Source of the DNA: Chiloscyllium plagiosum
Taxonomy: Eukaryota
Direction of reading: 5' to 3'
Assembly (NCBI RefSeq): GCF_004010195.1
Contig: NC_057753.1
Location: 754,330 to 818,329 of the forward strand
DNA length: 64,000 bases
Position 1 is the stretch's first letter; each line of letters begins with the position of its first letter. The translations under genes and the position numbers were made by a program. The notes beneath the pieces are model-generated. The model worked only from the letters and a program-made list of their open reading frames with translations. It was not told the origin of the DNA and did not search any database. This document shows, one piece after another, positions 13,449-26,309 of this stretch.

Positions 13449-16400
13449 CCTTTCCACTCCCAAATATTAACAAATATGTGTTCTGTAAGGTTTGTAACTA
13501 ATATTTCCACCACATAAGTTGGCCAGGGATGGCAAAAACACCGGTATGCCTTGGCTATTAGGTAGAGCTGTCAATAGCAATCCCACAGTATCGCCGCCAT
13601 CTTACCGAGTACAAGAGCTGATTTTTAAATTGTGACTCCTCGTTCACGATTCGTCCGGAAGAGAAAATGTTCTTCCCACATTTAATTCAGGATCTTTTAT
13701 GTTCCCAACAGGTCACCTTTTCCTCTTTTAAATTCAAGAAGATAAAAGCCTCGCATTCACATTTTACTTGTACATATCTCTTATTCCAGCTGCTAATCTG
13801 ATTAACGTTCTCTGAACAGCTTCCAGTACATCTGCCCCCGTCCATATGTATGGTGAAAGCGCAATTTACTTTCTTTTTACGATTTTATAATCAGAAAACC
13901 ATTTTATTCATTTATGATACATCGGTGACGCTGTCTGGGCCAGCATTTATTGTCCATCCATGATTGTCCCTTGAGAATATCCTGGTGGTCAGCCTTCTTG
14001 AACCATTGCCGTTCATTTGCTTTCCAGAGACACACAACATTTTAAAGGAGGACATCCAGCATTTTGACAGTGTTAAGGATTTGCTCTCACCAATGCACTG
14101 TACAAATAAACAATTTTTCTTCTCTTGAATTCAATTCCATTCACGACAAATTCTATTAGTTTTTTTAAAATTTGGTTGTTGTGTCTACATGGTAACCTGT
14201 TCTGATGCATACACTGGGACAGATAGATACTCCTGCATCTCAAAGCTTTGCAATCTCTCAGCATTTGGATGATATATTTCTATGTTTTTCTTCTTGTCAA
14301 TTGGGCAATCTCGGAGTTTTCCAACATCGTACACATTTTTCCTTTTCCCACTCACATAAACCATCTATGTTCCACTTAGGAATTGTTAAACACCCCGCGC
14401 AATTTGTTGTGCACCCTCAAAGCATTTTGACAAATATCGCTAAGCACATTTTCGACAGGAATTGCCACTATCGCAGTCAATCTGGACATGGTCAGTTGCA
14501 GCGCTAACATCCACGCAACAATATGGAAGAATTCCATGTACGTCCTTTTCAAACAAAACAGAAAAGTACCAAATCATCCAATTGCCAACTGATCAAGCTA
14601 CAGATTGATCATCAGTAATTTGATGTAGGAGACGATCAGTAGTGCTATCAAGCCGCACTTACTAATCAATAAATGCTCACTTGTGCTCAGTTTAGGTTTA
14701 GCTAGGCTCATTCATCTGCTGACGACATCACAGCCCTAGTCCATTCATGGACATATTCGCGAATTGAATTACGTCTTTGAATTCACATTGGTGGGAGAGT
14801 GTTTTCCTGCTTCATGCTTGTGAAGAGTTTTCTTCAATCGTTCGACTTTTTAAATACGTTGTTTATTTTTATGTTTTCTTCTTATGTTGGACTTTATTGC
14901 AAAAAAAGTTTGAGTGAAACTTCCCTGAACAGAATCAAACAAAATACAAATGTTTTTCACCCAAGAACACCAACACAGTATTCCAATTGTGACCTTTCAA
15001 AGGTCGCATATATCTGCAATATAATCTCTGTAATTTTACTTGGTATTGCCCTCACAATGGGGAACATGTTGTTACTTGTCTTCCCAAACACTTGCTGCAC
15101 TGTGTGCTCACGTTTTATGGTTCCTGTATCAGAGCTGTCAGATTCCACTGTACCTCTACATTTTACAATTTCCTTCCAATATTATGGAATATAATGATCC
15201 CAGTTAATGTTCCCGCCAGACAAATCAGATCCCAGACTTTAATTTTGTGTTTTCTCACATGAAATCAATCATTTATTATTTGCTTGCTATTTCATGAGTA
15301 CACCTCGTTGTCATGCCAATATTTCTTTCCTGGACCTGCTACAATTATCCCAAGAAGCGCAACACAACTCAAGGAAAGACACATACTTTCCCCTCAGGCA
15401 CTTTCCGCATTCTAACGCTCAATTCTGCAATTTCAGACCCTGACCACATGATGTCTGTCCTCCATTATTCTGACATAGTAACAGGAGGGAGCCCTTCACC
15501 CCTCATAGACTACTCCACGATTCACTCTGATCATGGGTCATCAATCAGCGCAGAACTTTCTTCGTGTTTTCCCCCTAGTCTTTGAACCCTTTAGCATTAT
15601 TAACTCAACCTAACTCCTCCTCGAAAGCATTCGATGTTTTGTTTTCAATCGTTTAATTTGACAGAGAATTCTGCCGGCTCACCAGTACCTAGGTAAATAA
15701 ATTACTCCTCATCTCAGTTTCAAACGGCCTTGCCTGCATACTTCGCCTGAGGTTTCTTGTTCTGGACTTCCCAGTCACCGGGAAGATCTCTCCTGCATTT
15801 CCCTGTATCGTCCTGCTGGAATTGTATTAGTTGCAGTGTGAAACTCTCTGATTCTTCTCAATTTCAATGAACATCGTCCTCAGAAATCCAAGATCTCTTC
15901 ATACATTAGTCCTGCATTCCAGGCGTTGGTCTGTTAAGCTATCAGTGTACTCCCTTCATAGCCAGAACACCCTTCCTCAGGTAAGGAGTCGAATTTGTAT
16001 GCACTAATCCAGATGTAGTCATCAAAGCCCTGCAATGGCAAAGAAACATCTCTGCTCCTGTACCAGAATTCTCTTGTTGTGCTGACCAACATTCCATTTA
16101 TCGGCTTCACTTTTTTTTGTTTGCAGTGATTCTCCCTCTCCCTCTTTCGTGTTGGCCTTCTCCGTGTTGCTGTTCTTGTGTCTTGCAGGTCAACTGAATG
16201 CCTTAAGTATGGTTAATATAATGAAGATGCATACCATTCCTCACGAATGTAGAATGTAACTTTTCTTTCCATGGTGAAAAGCCGGTGACATTTAGCTCCT
16301 GATGAATTACGTTACTCTATTTGTTCATCGTGTGACATTTGATCCGCAAAACAGTCCTTTGTAATATGCTGGAAAATGAATTTAAACCGGAATGAAAAAC

Positions 16401-17989
16401 ATAAAAGCGGGCCTGAAATTACGAAGGCAGATTGTGAAATTGATTGGAATGATTGAGGCAAGTCGGAAAAAGCAACCATGAAGCTAATGCACTTCGAGAA
16501 ATCTACAGTTATTCAATAATATCCATCAGTGAAGGTGATTGGTTGGATCTTCAATTTGAATTTTCGATGTGCAGAAGAAAGAGAGAGGGAGAGACGTAGC
16601 AAATAAGCGTGAGAGATGGAGAAAGAATGTAAGAGAGATGGAGAAAGAGAAAGAAAGAATTGAGAAGTGGGGAGGCGGTGTGGGAGAGAGAAAGAGAGAG
16701 AGAGAGAGAAGCAGTGAAATGATATGAAGGCGAAGAAGGCAGGTTTCATAAATTTGGAATTCAATCAGAGGTTTTGTGAAACTTCTCAAATCTCTACACA
16801 CTGAAAATGAAAGGCATCAAACACACATGAACGGAATCATTTCCAATTTTGCTTTCTAGTTATCGACCATCATGCCTTGCAATAAATAATCGCTGGTCCT
16901 TCTTTTGCTGAGCCTTGAATGTAGGATGTTGCTGGAAGAAATTGTCGAAGTACTTTCGCCAGATCCTGTTTCAAGAAGAAGATTGTCTCCCTTAATTGTT
17001 CCATCAAAGACTGTCCGGGGATGAATGATAGCCTTTCTGTCAAAGGTGCACGAGAGAAAGTGAGGAACATAGATGCTGGAGAGTCAGATCGAAAAGTGTG
17101 GCTCTGGAAAAGTAGAGCAGGTTAGGCAGCTTTCAAAGAGCAGAAGAGTCAAAACTTTGGGCATAAGCCCTTCATTTGGAATGTCAAGGCCACGCCCTTA
17201 GAATTAAAAAGCCACACTGCATAGTTTGTTCAAATACGAACTCCCACTTACGTTGTATGGACAGTGCCTGTTTATCAAATTATTTTCACCTGAAACAACA
17301 GACAATGTTGGGAATGCTTGGCAGCTTCTGTTGCGAATAAAGGAGCGCAAGTTTAAGACTTTCATGGTTTGTTTAAGTTAACATGGTACAAAATGGCAGT
17401 AAGGGTCCTTCACGCAATCATATTCAAGCAACATTCAAATGTTATTTAATAATATTAACTCACAAAATTGGTACCACTGTCAGTTTTGCGCAGAATCCGA
17501 AACCCTGGAGTTTCACATTCACTTCGGAAAGATCACAGTTTGACACGAATCATCTCGGATTGGAACCCCTGTTTCAGAATTTTCCATTGTCCAGTTGTAA
17601 AGGAGCAAAAACAGAAAATACTGGAGGAAGTCAACAGGTCTGTCTCATCTTAGAGTTTTGCAGGAGAGTCACACTAGATTTGAAACGTTGTCTCTGCTTC
17701 TGTCTCCTCAGATGCTGTCAGTTAAAATTCCAAGTCTCGTAATCTTTCCGGATACCCTATTGGGGTAAACTTGGTCGTTTTAATGCTGCGAGCTAACAAT
17801 GCATGTTTGAGACTGCAACTGAGTGTTTTCAAACAGGGCACATTACGAATTCGAAGTTTCTCCTTCAACCCACTCACTAATCCGACTTGGACATGTGTTG
17901 CTATTTATTCACTATTGCAGAGCCAATATGCTGGAGTTGTCTCCCTAATGGTATTATATGTTTACAGTCAAAACATTGACTGCACAGTT

Positions 17990-18637
17990 GAAGATGGTAG
18001 CTCGCCACTACCCCTCCCGGTTATATGGACCGGTTATGACCCACTAAAAAGAGTTCAAGAAGATAGCCTAGACCTTAGCTTCTTATTTTAAAGGCAGATG
18101 TGAAGTGAGTGTTCCGGGGTGATGCAGCTGTTCACACCTTTAGTTTTACAACATCAAAATTAACTTTAAAACTATAGTTGAAACATGAACAAAAGAAAAC
18201 AGAATTTATAATAAACAGAATTTAACTGCTGGAAAACTGAACCAATCCAAAGCAGCAACTTAATTAAGAAACTGCTCCAATCAAACAAATTACATAAACT
18301 GCTCCAATTACATAAAAACACCCGTTGCAAAAGGGAAATTCAAAATCGGGTTCTTACCAGTCCGAAGGAACAACATTCAGAGATTTCAGAGCGGTAAATC
18401 AACTTAGAATCACCTTCTGATGTTTGGAACATTACTATACTGCAACAGCTTCTCTGTTTCTGCGAAACCAAAGGTGTAATAATGTTGAACTGGGAGAACT
18501 GCTAACTCCCTAGTCATTGTTAAACTAGGCTTTCCCAAGACATTTTGGCACATCTGTCTTTACGAAATTTTCCAAAAGAAGACATGAACAAAATAACCTT
18601 TTTAAAAGATACAACATTGTCACACCTCCTCCTTCTA
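17990..18637 (-). mobile_element. LTR remnant with adjacent polypurine tract
   Basis: Minus strand AGAAGGAGGAGG immediately followed by TGTGACA (18624), then about 630 bp of LTR-like sequence. The far end is degenerate. Confidence 0.55.
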
Positions 18638-20486
18638 GAAGAGAAACAAGGATGGTCACTAAGCACTGGATCCAGACATCTATACCCACATCACATGTAG
18701 TGAAGTGTTCCCCCAGTATTGTAACCCCACGAGCACTGTCAGAATCAGCAATAACATTTGAGGTGAACACTGAATACGACATTCTCCAATTTCATCCTTT
18801 CTGAAAAATAAAATAAAACAGTCACTGCAACTGCATTTTTGGTCGGAAACTAATGTATGTCTTGCTGCCAATGCCCTTATCCTGTGAATTATTGGGAATA
18901 AAAGGCCAGGAACTTGCTTCCAGGGAAAATTTATTATGAAGACAAAAGTTCATTTTTTCATGAACAATGCAACTTGTAGATAGGTCCATGAGTGCCACAC
19001 TTGGGATTACACAAATTCAGTCAGTTTGCTGGTAAGGTTTACGGGCGGATGTAGGTATAACTGTCGATAATTTGTATAAGGCAAAAGACTAGGCATCTAC
19101 ACACAATTGAATTACACAAAATTAGCACGGAATGGTTGAAAGATCCCTGAGAACATACGAAGGAGATGGTTGTGTTGACTACTTGGTTCATAAAGAAAAA
19201 GATGCTGCACAAAACATTCTTTTTCTCTTAGCTCCCAGTGTTATTGCTCCATTTGATAGAAATGCGTTGATTTGGCTGTATCAGTAGAGGGTGCAGTTTA
19301 CAGACAGGCCCAGTTGTGGTCTCATTTTCGGCTGTCAGCTAGATGGACTAAAACGAGCAAGTATTCTTTTCATTCGTTCAAGAGACAGTGAGATTCCATA
19401 AGTCAATAAGCTTTGTATTGCCCATACGGAGCTGAAATTGTGTCGATGATCCACTGCAGTCTCTGCTCTTGCAGAGACACCCATAGTGCTGTTAGAAGGT
19501 CGGTCAAAGACTGTGTCCTTCAGGAATGAACAACACTGCAGGAGAAGCGATATAACTCCAAGTCAAGACGACGAGGAGCTTGGAAATAACTTGAATATAG
19601 GTCTGTTCCCATACATCTCCTGCCCCCGTCATTCTCAATTGTAGAGGTCATTTGTAAACCCGTATAAGTGCAACAGGAGAAAGGACACAAGAACGTTACA
19701 GTAAAGCAGGGGTTTTGTGCCCCGGTTGGTTAAATGCTTGGTTTCTGATGCAGAGGGAACAGCGTGGGTTCAATTCCCGTGGTAAGTTTGCGTTTACAGT
19801 CAGGGAAAATGCAATCGAGAATCTGGTGGTCTGAACGAAGAAAAAAAAGAGAACTGAAAGGAAAGACATTTGAAATACACAACCAAGACAGGATGTATGC
19901 TATTTGGGGACAAGGGATATAAGGTGAGGTTTATGGAAATTCTGACCATAGCGTTCCAAGTTGAATGTTTTGAGGGAGCTTCCAGATGGGATGGAGAATT
20001 CTAAATGTGAGCCGCTTACTTAGCATCGTGGAAGGGGCGTGCAGCAAACACTAAAACGCCAGTGACATCAACTGGAAGCGTGGTCACAGGCAATGCAAAG
20101 AACATTTGTACAGCGAATAGTTAACAACGAACATTTGTTGTTGACTCAGTAATGACCGGGATCTGATTTTCCAACGACATTTGACATTTTGCAAGGGCTG
20201 GAACCTCGCAATATGAGTTGGAATGGACCATTTGCAGTAATGCTTATTGTGGTATCATAACTCTAAACCTAACTCTGTCGCTTTACGAATACAAGATTTA
20301 TTTTGTCCTGTCAAAAACACAGAGGACAGCAATCATTTAGAGACATGCAGTCATAGAGTCATGTAACATGGAAACGAACCCTTCAGCCCAATTATTACAT
20401 GCTAACAAGGCTTCCTGAACTGAGCTAGCCCCATTTTCCGGCGTTTGGTCCATATCCCTTTGAAACCTTTCCTATCTATGCATCTG

Positions 20487-20700
20487 GGAGAAATTGAGGA
20501 CTGCAGATGCTGGAGATCAGAGCTGAAAATGTGTTGCTGGAAAAGCGCAGCAGGTCAGGCAGCATCCAAGGAGAAGGAGAATCGACGTTTCGGGCATGAG
20601 CCCTTCCTGAAGAAGGGCTCATGCCCGAAACGTCGATTCTCCTGTTTCTTGGATGCTGCCTGGCCTGCTGCGCTTTTCCAGCAACACATTTTCAGCCCAG
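20487..20700. mobile_element. Short palindromic Penelope-derived element with 14-bp TSD
   Basis: About 85-bp inverted arms (20522-20606 and 20612-20696); TSD tatctatgcatctg at 20473-20486 and 20701-20714. Confidence 0.85.
20607..20639 (+). ncRNA. Minimal hammerhead-ribozyme-like core of Penelope type
   Basis: CTGAAGA-A-GGGC(TCAT)GCCC-GAAA-CGTC: conserved CUGANGA/GAAA boxes, 4-bp helix II, palindromic ACGT helix III and a GUC cleavage triplet. Confidence 0.6.
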
Positions 20701-23700
20701 TATCTATGCATCTGTCCAAATTCCGTTTAGATGTTGGAAATATACCTACATTTACCACTTCCTCTGACAACTCATTCGATCTATGCATCACCCTCTGTGT
20801 GGAAACGTTGCCCCTCAGATCACTTTCAGATCTTTTTCCTCTCATTCTAAACTTCTGCTCTCTTGTTTTGGACTGCCGTACAGTGGGGAAAGACCTTGGC
20901 TATTCAGGTTTTAAATGTCACTCATGATTTTATGATGTGGAGGTGCCAGTATTGGACTGTGGTGGACAAGTTCAAAAGTCACACAACACCAATTTGCAGC
21001 CCAACGGGGATATTTGAAATCACAAGCTTTCAAAGCGCTGCCCTTTCATCACGTGAAGTGATGAAGAGACAGTGCTCTTAAAGCTTGTGATTATAAATAG
21101 ACCTGTTCAACTATGACTGGGCATCATGTGACGTTTGACCATGACTTTATAAACTTTTATAAGGTCACCCTTCAGCCTCATACGATCCAGATAATAGCAG
21201 TCCGAACGTAATTCCCTCTCCTCATAACTAAAACCTTCCTGCCTCGGGAACATCCTAAAAAATCTTTTTTGTACTCCTACCATTTTAATGACATCTTTCC
21301 TGTCAGACGACCAGAATTGTACTCAGTACTCCAAATGTGGTCTCACCAATTATGTATGCATCCGTAACATGACATCCTAATCTCCTGTAATCAGTGCTCT
21401 GACAGATGAAGGCAAGTGGGGCCTTCTACACCAACCAGTCTACCTGTGATACAACTTTCAAGGAGATATGTATGTGTCCTTCGGTGACTCTATTTGTCAA
21501 CATGCCCCTGGTCCTTCCAATAATTCCTGCTCAGCTTTGGATTAAGAAAAGGCAACTCTTCACATTTAAGTAATTAAACTCCATCTGGCATTCCTCGTCT
21601 CATTGGTCCTGTTCTCCTCGTCGGGCACCTTCTTGACTGTGCATTATATTGCCAATTTTGGAGTTTTTCACCAACTCACGAAGGATGCGTCCGATTTTCT
21701 CAACTAAAGCGTTCACTTAAATGACGTGAAACAACCCGTCTTTGTCACCCCTCCAAAGATCTTAATCAAATTAGTGAGACACGATTTCCCACGTGCCATG
21801 TCATGCTGAGTGTCTCTCATCAATCCTTGCCTTTCCAAATGCATGTGGCTCTTTTCTGTCAGAATCCACTGGAACAACATGTCCACCACTGACGTCAGGA
21901 TTACTGTTATATGGTTCCCTGGTTTTTCCTTAAAGACTTTCTTAAATCACGCATAATACGTGGACCCATCTGTCATTTAGTAGTTCACCCATGGTTGTCC
22001 ATGTTACAGATATGTCTTCTTGAGGCACAACTACTGGTCATAGCCCCCAGTCTGAACTACAACCTCGATTACCACCCTCTGTCTCCTTGCCAAAAGCCAA
22101 TTTTTCTAATTTGCTATCTCTCCCTACATCCCATTTTTTTCTCATGGTATTACCTAGTCTGCCATGCGCAAACATGTTAAAGGCCTTGCCAATGTCCATG
22201 CGCACAATGTTTGTCAGTCTACCTTCATCTACCGTCTTGGTCACCCCTCCAAACATTTCAGTCAAATTAGTGAAACACGATTTCCCACGTGCAATCTCAT
22301 GCTGAGTGTCCCTCATGAATCCTTGCCTTTCCCAATGCATGTGCATCTTTACTCTCAGAATCCCTTCGAACAACATGTCCACCACTGACGTCAGGCTTAC
22401 TGTTGTATACTTCCTTGTCTTATCCTTACAGTCTTTCTTAAATAATAGCATAATACTTGGACCATTCAGTCTTTTAGCAGTTCTGCCGTGGTTGTCCATA
22501 TCAAAGATATGCCTGCCAGACACCACAATTTCATTCCTAGTCTCCCAAAATATACTGGTATACACCTAAGCATGTCCCGGGGGTTCGTCTACATTTATCC
22601 ATGTTAAGGCCTTCAGTATCTCCTCGTCAGTGATGTGGACTCTTCTCAAGAGATCAGTATTAATTTCGCTGAGTTGCTCGCTTCCATGTCTTCCTGCGTT
22701 CTGACACAAAATATTCGTTTGGGATCTCACACAATACATTTCACACATACATTTGACCCTTTCTTTAAGAGACCCTATTCTCTCTCCAGTTAATCTTTCG
22801 CCCTTAATATACGTGTAAAATCTCTTTGGGTTCTCCTTAATCTGAAGTGCCAAAACTATCTCCTGTCATCTTTAGGCTGTGCTCATTTTCCTCTTAAGTA
22901 TGCCCCAACAATCGTCTTCACTCAAAGGATTCACTGATCTCAGATGTTCTTACTTGAAATATGCCTCTTGCTTTTTTCTTGACCAGAGCGTCTACATCTC
23001 TCTTCAGTCAGCGTTCGCTACTCCTGTCAGCTGTGCCCTTCACTCTCTCACAGGAGCATGTTGTCTCTGAACTCTTGTTATGTCACTTTTGAAAGCTTCC
23101 AATTTGCCAGACGTCCTTTTGCTTGCGAGGAGCCCCACCCAATCAACTGTTGAAAGTTTCTGTGTAATAACATCAAAATTGGCCTTGCCTTGATTTAGAA
23201 TTAAACTTGTATATTCGTTCAATCATTTTCCATTGCTAATTTAGGAGAATAGAATTATAGTCACTGGTCCAAGAGTACTCATCCAATAACATGTCAGTAA
23301 CATGCCTGATTTATTTCCCAAGAAGTAGTCGACTTATGCCACTTCTCTGTACGTCCATCTACATATTGATTAAGGAAACATTCTCCCTTTTAAAGTTAGC
23401 GTTGCTGCACCCGTATCAGTGACATGAGAGGATGAATAATAATCCATACGAATCACTCTATTGACAGTTGAACAGAATCATAGCACCATACAACACATCG
23501 ATAGACTAATCTGTCAGTTGTACATGCGTGCAGTCTACCTTGAAAGAGACATCGAGTTTGTACCACTTTAAATCACTTTCACACTGATTATTTGTTTTGC
23601 AAACAATACATTCTCTTGCTTTTTCAAGGTCATCGGAGTATCTGTTGCCAATACTTTTCGACAAATATCACTCATGCCAAAACAACATGCTGTCTCAAAC

Positions 23701-23854
23701 CAGAGCTAATGATTTTCGTTTTGTCTCTTGTTTTAAAGCAATTACCTTAAATTCATGCTTAGCTCTTGATAGCATTGACAGAGAAAATGCATTTTTCCCA
23801 TAACCAACCTATAATTTTGAATCTGTCAATTAAATAGTCTCTGAAACTACCGAA

Positions 23855-24545
23855 ATAAGATAATAGAAAGTGAAGTTGCAGGTAGATAGGATATTGAAGA
23901 AGGTGTTTGCTATGCTTCCCTTTATTGGTCATTCAATTGAGTATTGAGTTGACAGGTCATGTTGTGGATGTACACAACATTGACTAATCGAGTTCTGGAG
24001 GACTATCCACAATTCCGGTCTCCATGCTGTAGGGAGAATCTTGTGAAACCTGAAAGTGTTCACCAAAGATTTACAAGGATTTTGCAATGATTGGAGGGCT
24101 TGAGCTATCGGCAGAGTCTGAATAAGCTGGGGTTATTTCCCTTGGAACATTAGAGGCTTAGGGCTGATAATATAGAGGTTTATAAAATCGAGAAGCGCAT
24201 GGGTAGGGTGAATAGACAAGGTATTTTACCAGGTTTGGGGTGTCCAAACGTAGAGGACATACGTTTAAGGTGAGAAGGGAAAGATTTGAAAGGAACAAAT
24301 GGGGAACAGGTTCACTCAAAGGGTGGTGCATATGTAGAATGTGCTCCAGAGGAAGTGATGGAGACTTGCACAATTGCAACATTTAAAGGGCATCTGGATG
24401 GGCATATGAATAGGAAGCGTTTAGAGGGATAGGGGCATAATGTTGGCAACGAGCACGAGATTCACCTAGGATATCTGGTCAGGACGGGCAAGTTGGGCTG
24501 AAGGGTCTCTTCCAGTGCTATACATCTCTATGATTCCATAATTCT
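23855..24545 (+). mobile_element. CR1-like LINE 3' fragment
   Basis: Decayed RT C-terminus and typical shark CR1 3' UTR. Confidence 0.8.
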
Positions 24546-25839
24546 AACAGTAGTATTGTACAATGTAGTTATGTATTTTCTACCTTTTTTGAATATTTAG
24601 AGTCTTTCATAACTGTGGCAATTTTAACAAAAGTGACTCTATCAATCGCAGGCTTTATAATGGCAAAGGCTGAGCACTGACACAACACAGATCTCAGATT
24701 GATTCAGTGATTTGTGAAGAATGACCATGTCTTCATGGTACATTTTTCTCAGTTTCCCTTTTAACCAGGCCAAAGGTCTTGCATGTTTTACTTAGAGAAA
24801 TTGAAGTTCCTGTCCCTTCACAGATTTGCTTATGAAACCACGAGATTCATATTCTTTGAAATTCATTTGCAAAATATTCGCAAAGAAAACACAAAAAAAG
24901 CTGTTCTTCATGTCGCAGGGCAATATTTGTATGTTTTCTTGAGTTTGCTCTCGATGACCAAACATAAGTTTTCAAATATGTCAACTATGATATCGTTACG
25001 TTGCAGAGCTTGACATCTGCTCTCCACTGTTCACCTCCTTCACGTTTACAATGTAAAACCTGGAGCAGAGTTAGGCCATTCAGCCTATCTACGCTGTTTT
25101 GCTATTCAATGAAATCATGGCTGATCTGTTAAACCTGGACTTCAATTTCCTGACATTTCCTTTCACCAATCGATTCCTTTTCTGAGCAAAAATCTATCCG
25201 TCACTGCCTTGAATATTTTAAATAACCCAGCATCGACTGCCCTCTATGATTAGAAATTCCCCAGATTCACAATCTTCTGACAGAACAAATACCTCTCCAT
25301 ATCCACGTTAAATAGGCGATCAAAGGAAAACAAACTCTTCAAATCTCCTGCGGATTACAATTGGTTTGATAAGATTGTCTCTCATTCTTCTCATCTGCAA
25401 TAAGGACAGGCCCAATCTTTTCATTATATTTATTAAACAACACTTCATATCCGAGATCAGCCGAATGAAGCTTCTCAGGGCTCTCTCCAATGGCAAAACG
25501 CCTTTCTGTAGATAAGGGGACAAACGCTGTTCACGGTTTCCCAGCCATTACTTGATTATTTCCTTTTATAGCTTTAGAAGGCCTCCTTCCACAGCTCAAA
25601 AGGAAGATGACCAAATATGTGAATTAATTTGGAGGTATCAAAACTTTTCAAGTGAGACAGATTTTGCCCCCAATTTACATAATGACTTACTTATGGAAAG
25701 ATGAATTGAGAAGTTAGTCATTCACCAACCTTACTTAAAAAATAATGCATGTCGTAATCTTTTCAGCTGGATTCCAGGTAATGTGAGAGTGATTGTTCTT
25801 TACATCAAGGTCTCAATTGGCCAAATGAGGAGTCAAAGA

Positions 25840-26230
25840 TCTCGACCAAAAATGGAGTCAGTGAGAACCAGGTGAAAAATACATGTTGGTTTGCGCCATT
25901 CCAAGCAAATGGAAAATATTTTGAGTGGTTGGAGATCTGTAGTCTCAGCGCCAGGACATCTCCGATTTTGAGATACCAAGAAATGGCTGAGCAGACTGAA
26001 CACCACAAACGGTATTGTTGCCGCCAATGTCCAGGCAGTGGAATCGAAGATGCATGCTCCAAACCAGCAACATCACTGTATAAACTCTCCCAGTGTAACA
26101 AAAATGCTGTCATCATCAAGCAACGTAGAAAACTGCCAACGTTTATCCTGTCATGGAATGAAGGGCAAATGCAAAGCAGAAATTAGCACCTCACTTGACT
26201 GTTGGTAGACATTATAATAATGAAAGACAC
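25840..26230 (+). mobile_element. Old CR1/L2-type LINE RT fragment
   Basis: DNA follows the pre-RT region of shark LINEs (DIKKxL..GPDNIP..LKTCAPELA..LxKL..WKxAxVxPV), heavily decayed. Confidence 0.6.
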
Positions 26231-26309
26231 ATGCAAGTTTAGTGTGATTAATAATAACATACTCTCATTTTATCACCTCATTACAAATTTACCCAAATCG
26301 CATGGAACT

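Larger units (their letters stand above)
8866..13612 (-). mobile_element. L1/Tx1-clade LINE, both ends intact, internally deleted
   Basis: Minus strand: 5' AAGATGGCG (YY1-like) at 13595-13603; ORF1; RT (YRPISLLNSDFKIL, LDAEKAFDQV, QGCPLSPLLF, LYTDDVLL); C-terminal CxxC..H..C; AATAAA + A-tail at about 8866-8888; 14-bp TSD aa(a/g)agctgattttt at 8857-8870 and 13613-13626. Confidence 0.93.
20335..23380 (-). mobile_element. CR1-like LINE (RT to 3' tail) with nested inserts and internal duplication
   Basis: ORFs 22038-22565 (KSCFTNLTEMF..VDEG..MDIGKAF) and 22566-22853 (IKENPKRFYTYIK); 3' tail at about 20335-20470. Confidence 0.85.

Noticed and set aside
19709-19785. tRNA-like A/B boxes (also at 26310, 37068, 50015)
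   Set aside because: No complete cloverleaf; they match or continue into SINE bodies.
20445-20927. Overlapping ORFs on both strands sharing CCWKSAAGQAASK
   Set aside because: Artefact of the inverted-repeat element.
23629-23705. Acceptor followed by RSICCQYF...TTCCLKP, reminiscent of a CC chemokine
   Set aside because: Cys spacing does not match the chemokine pattern and there is no convincing donor.
25872-26186. ORF with YCCRQCPG resembling a TNF-receptor cysteine-rich domain
   Set aside because: The DNA follows a decayed LINE pre-RT region in another frame; the Cys pattern does not continue and there are no supporting splice sites.
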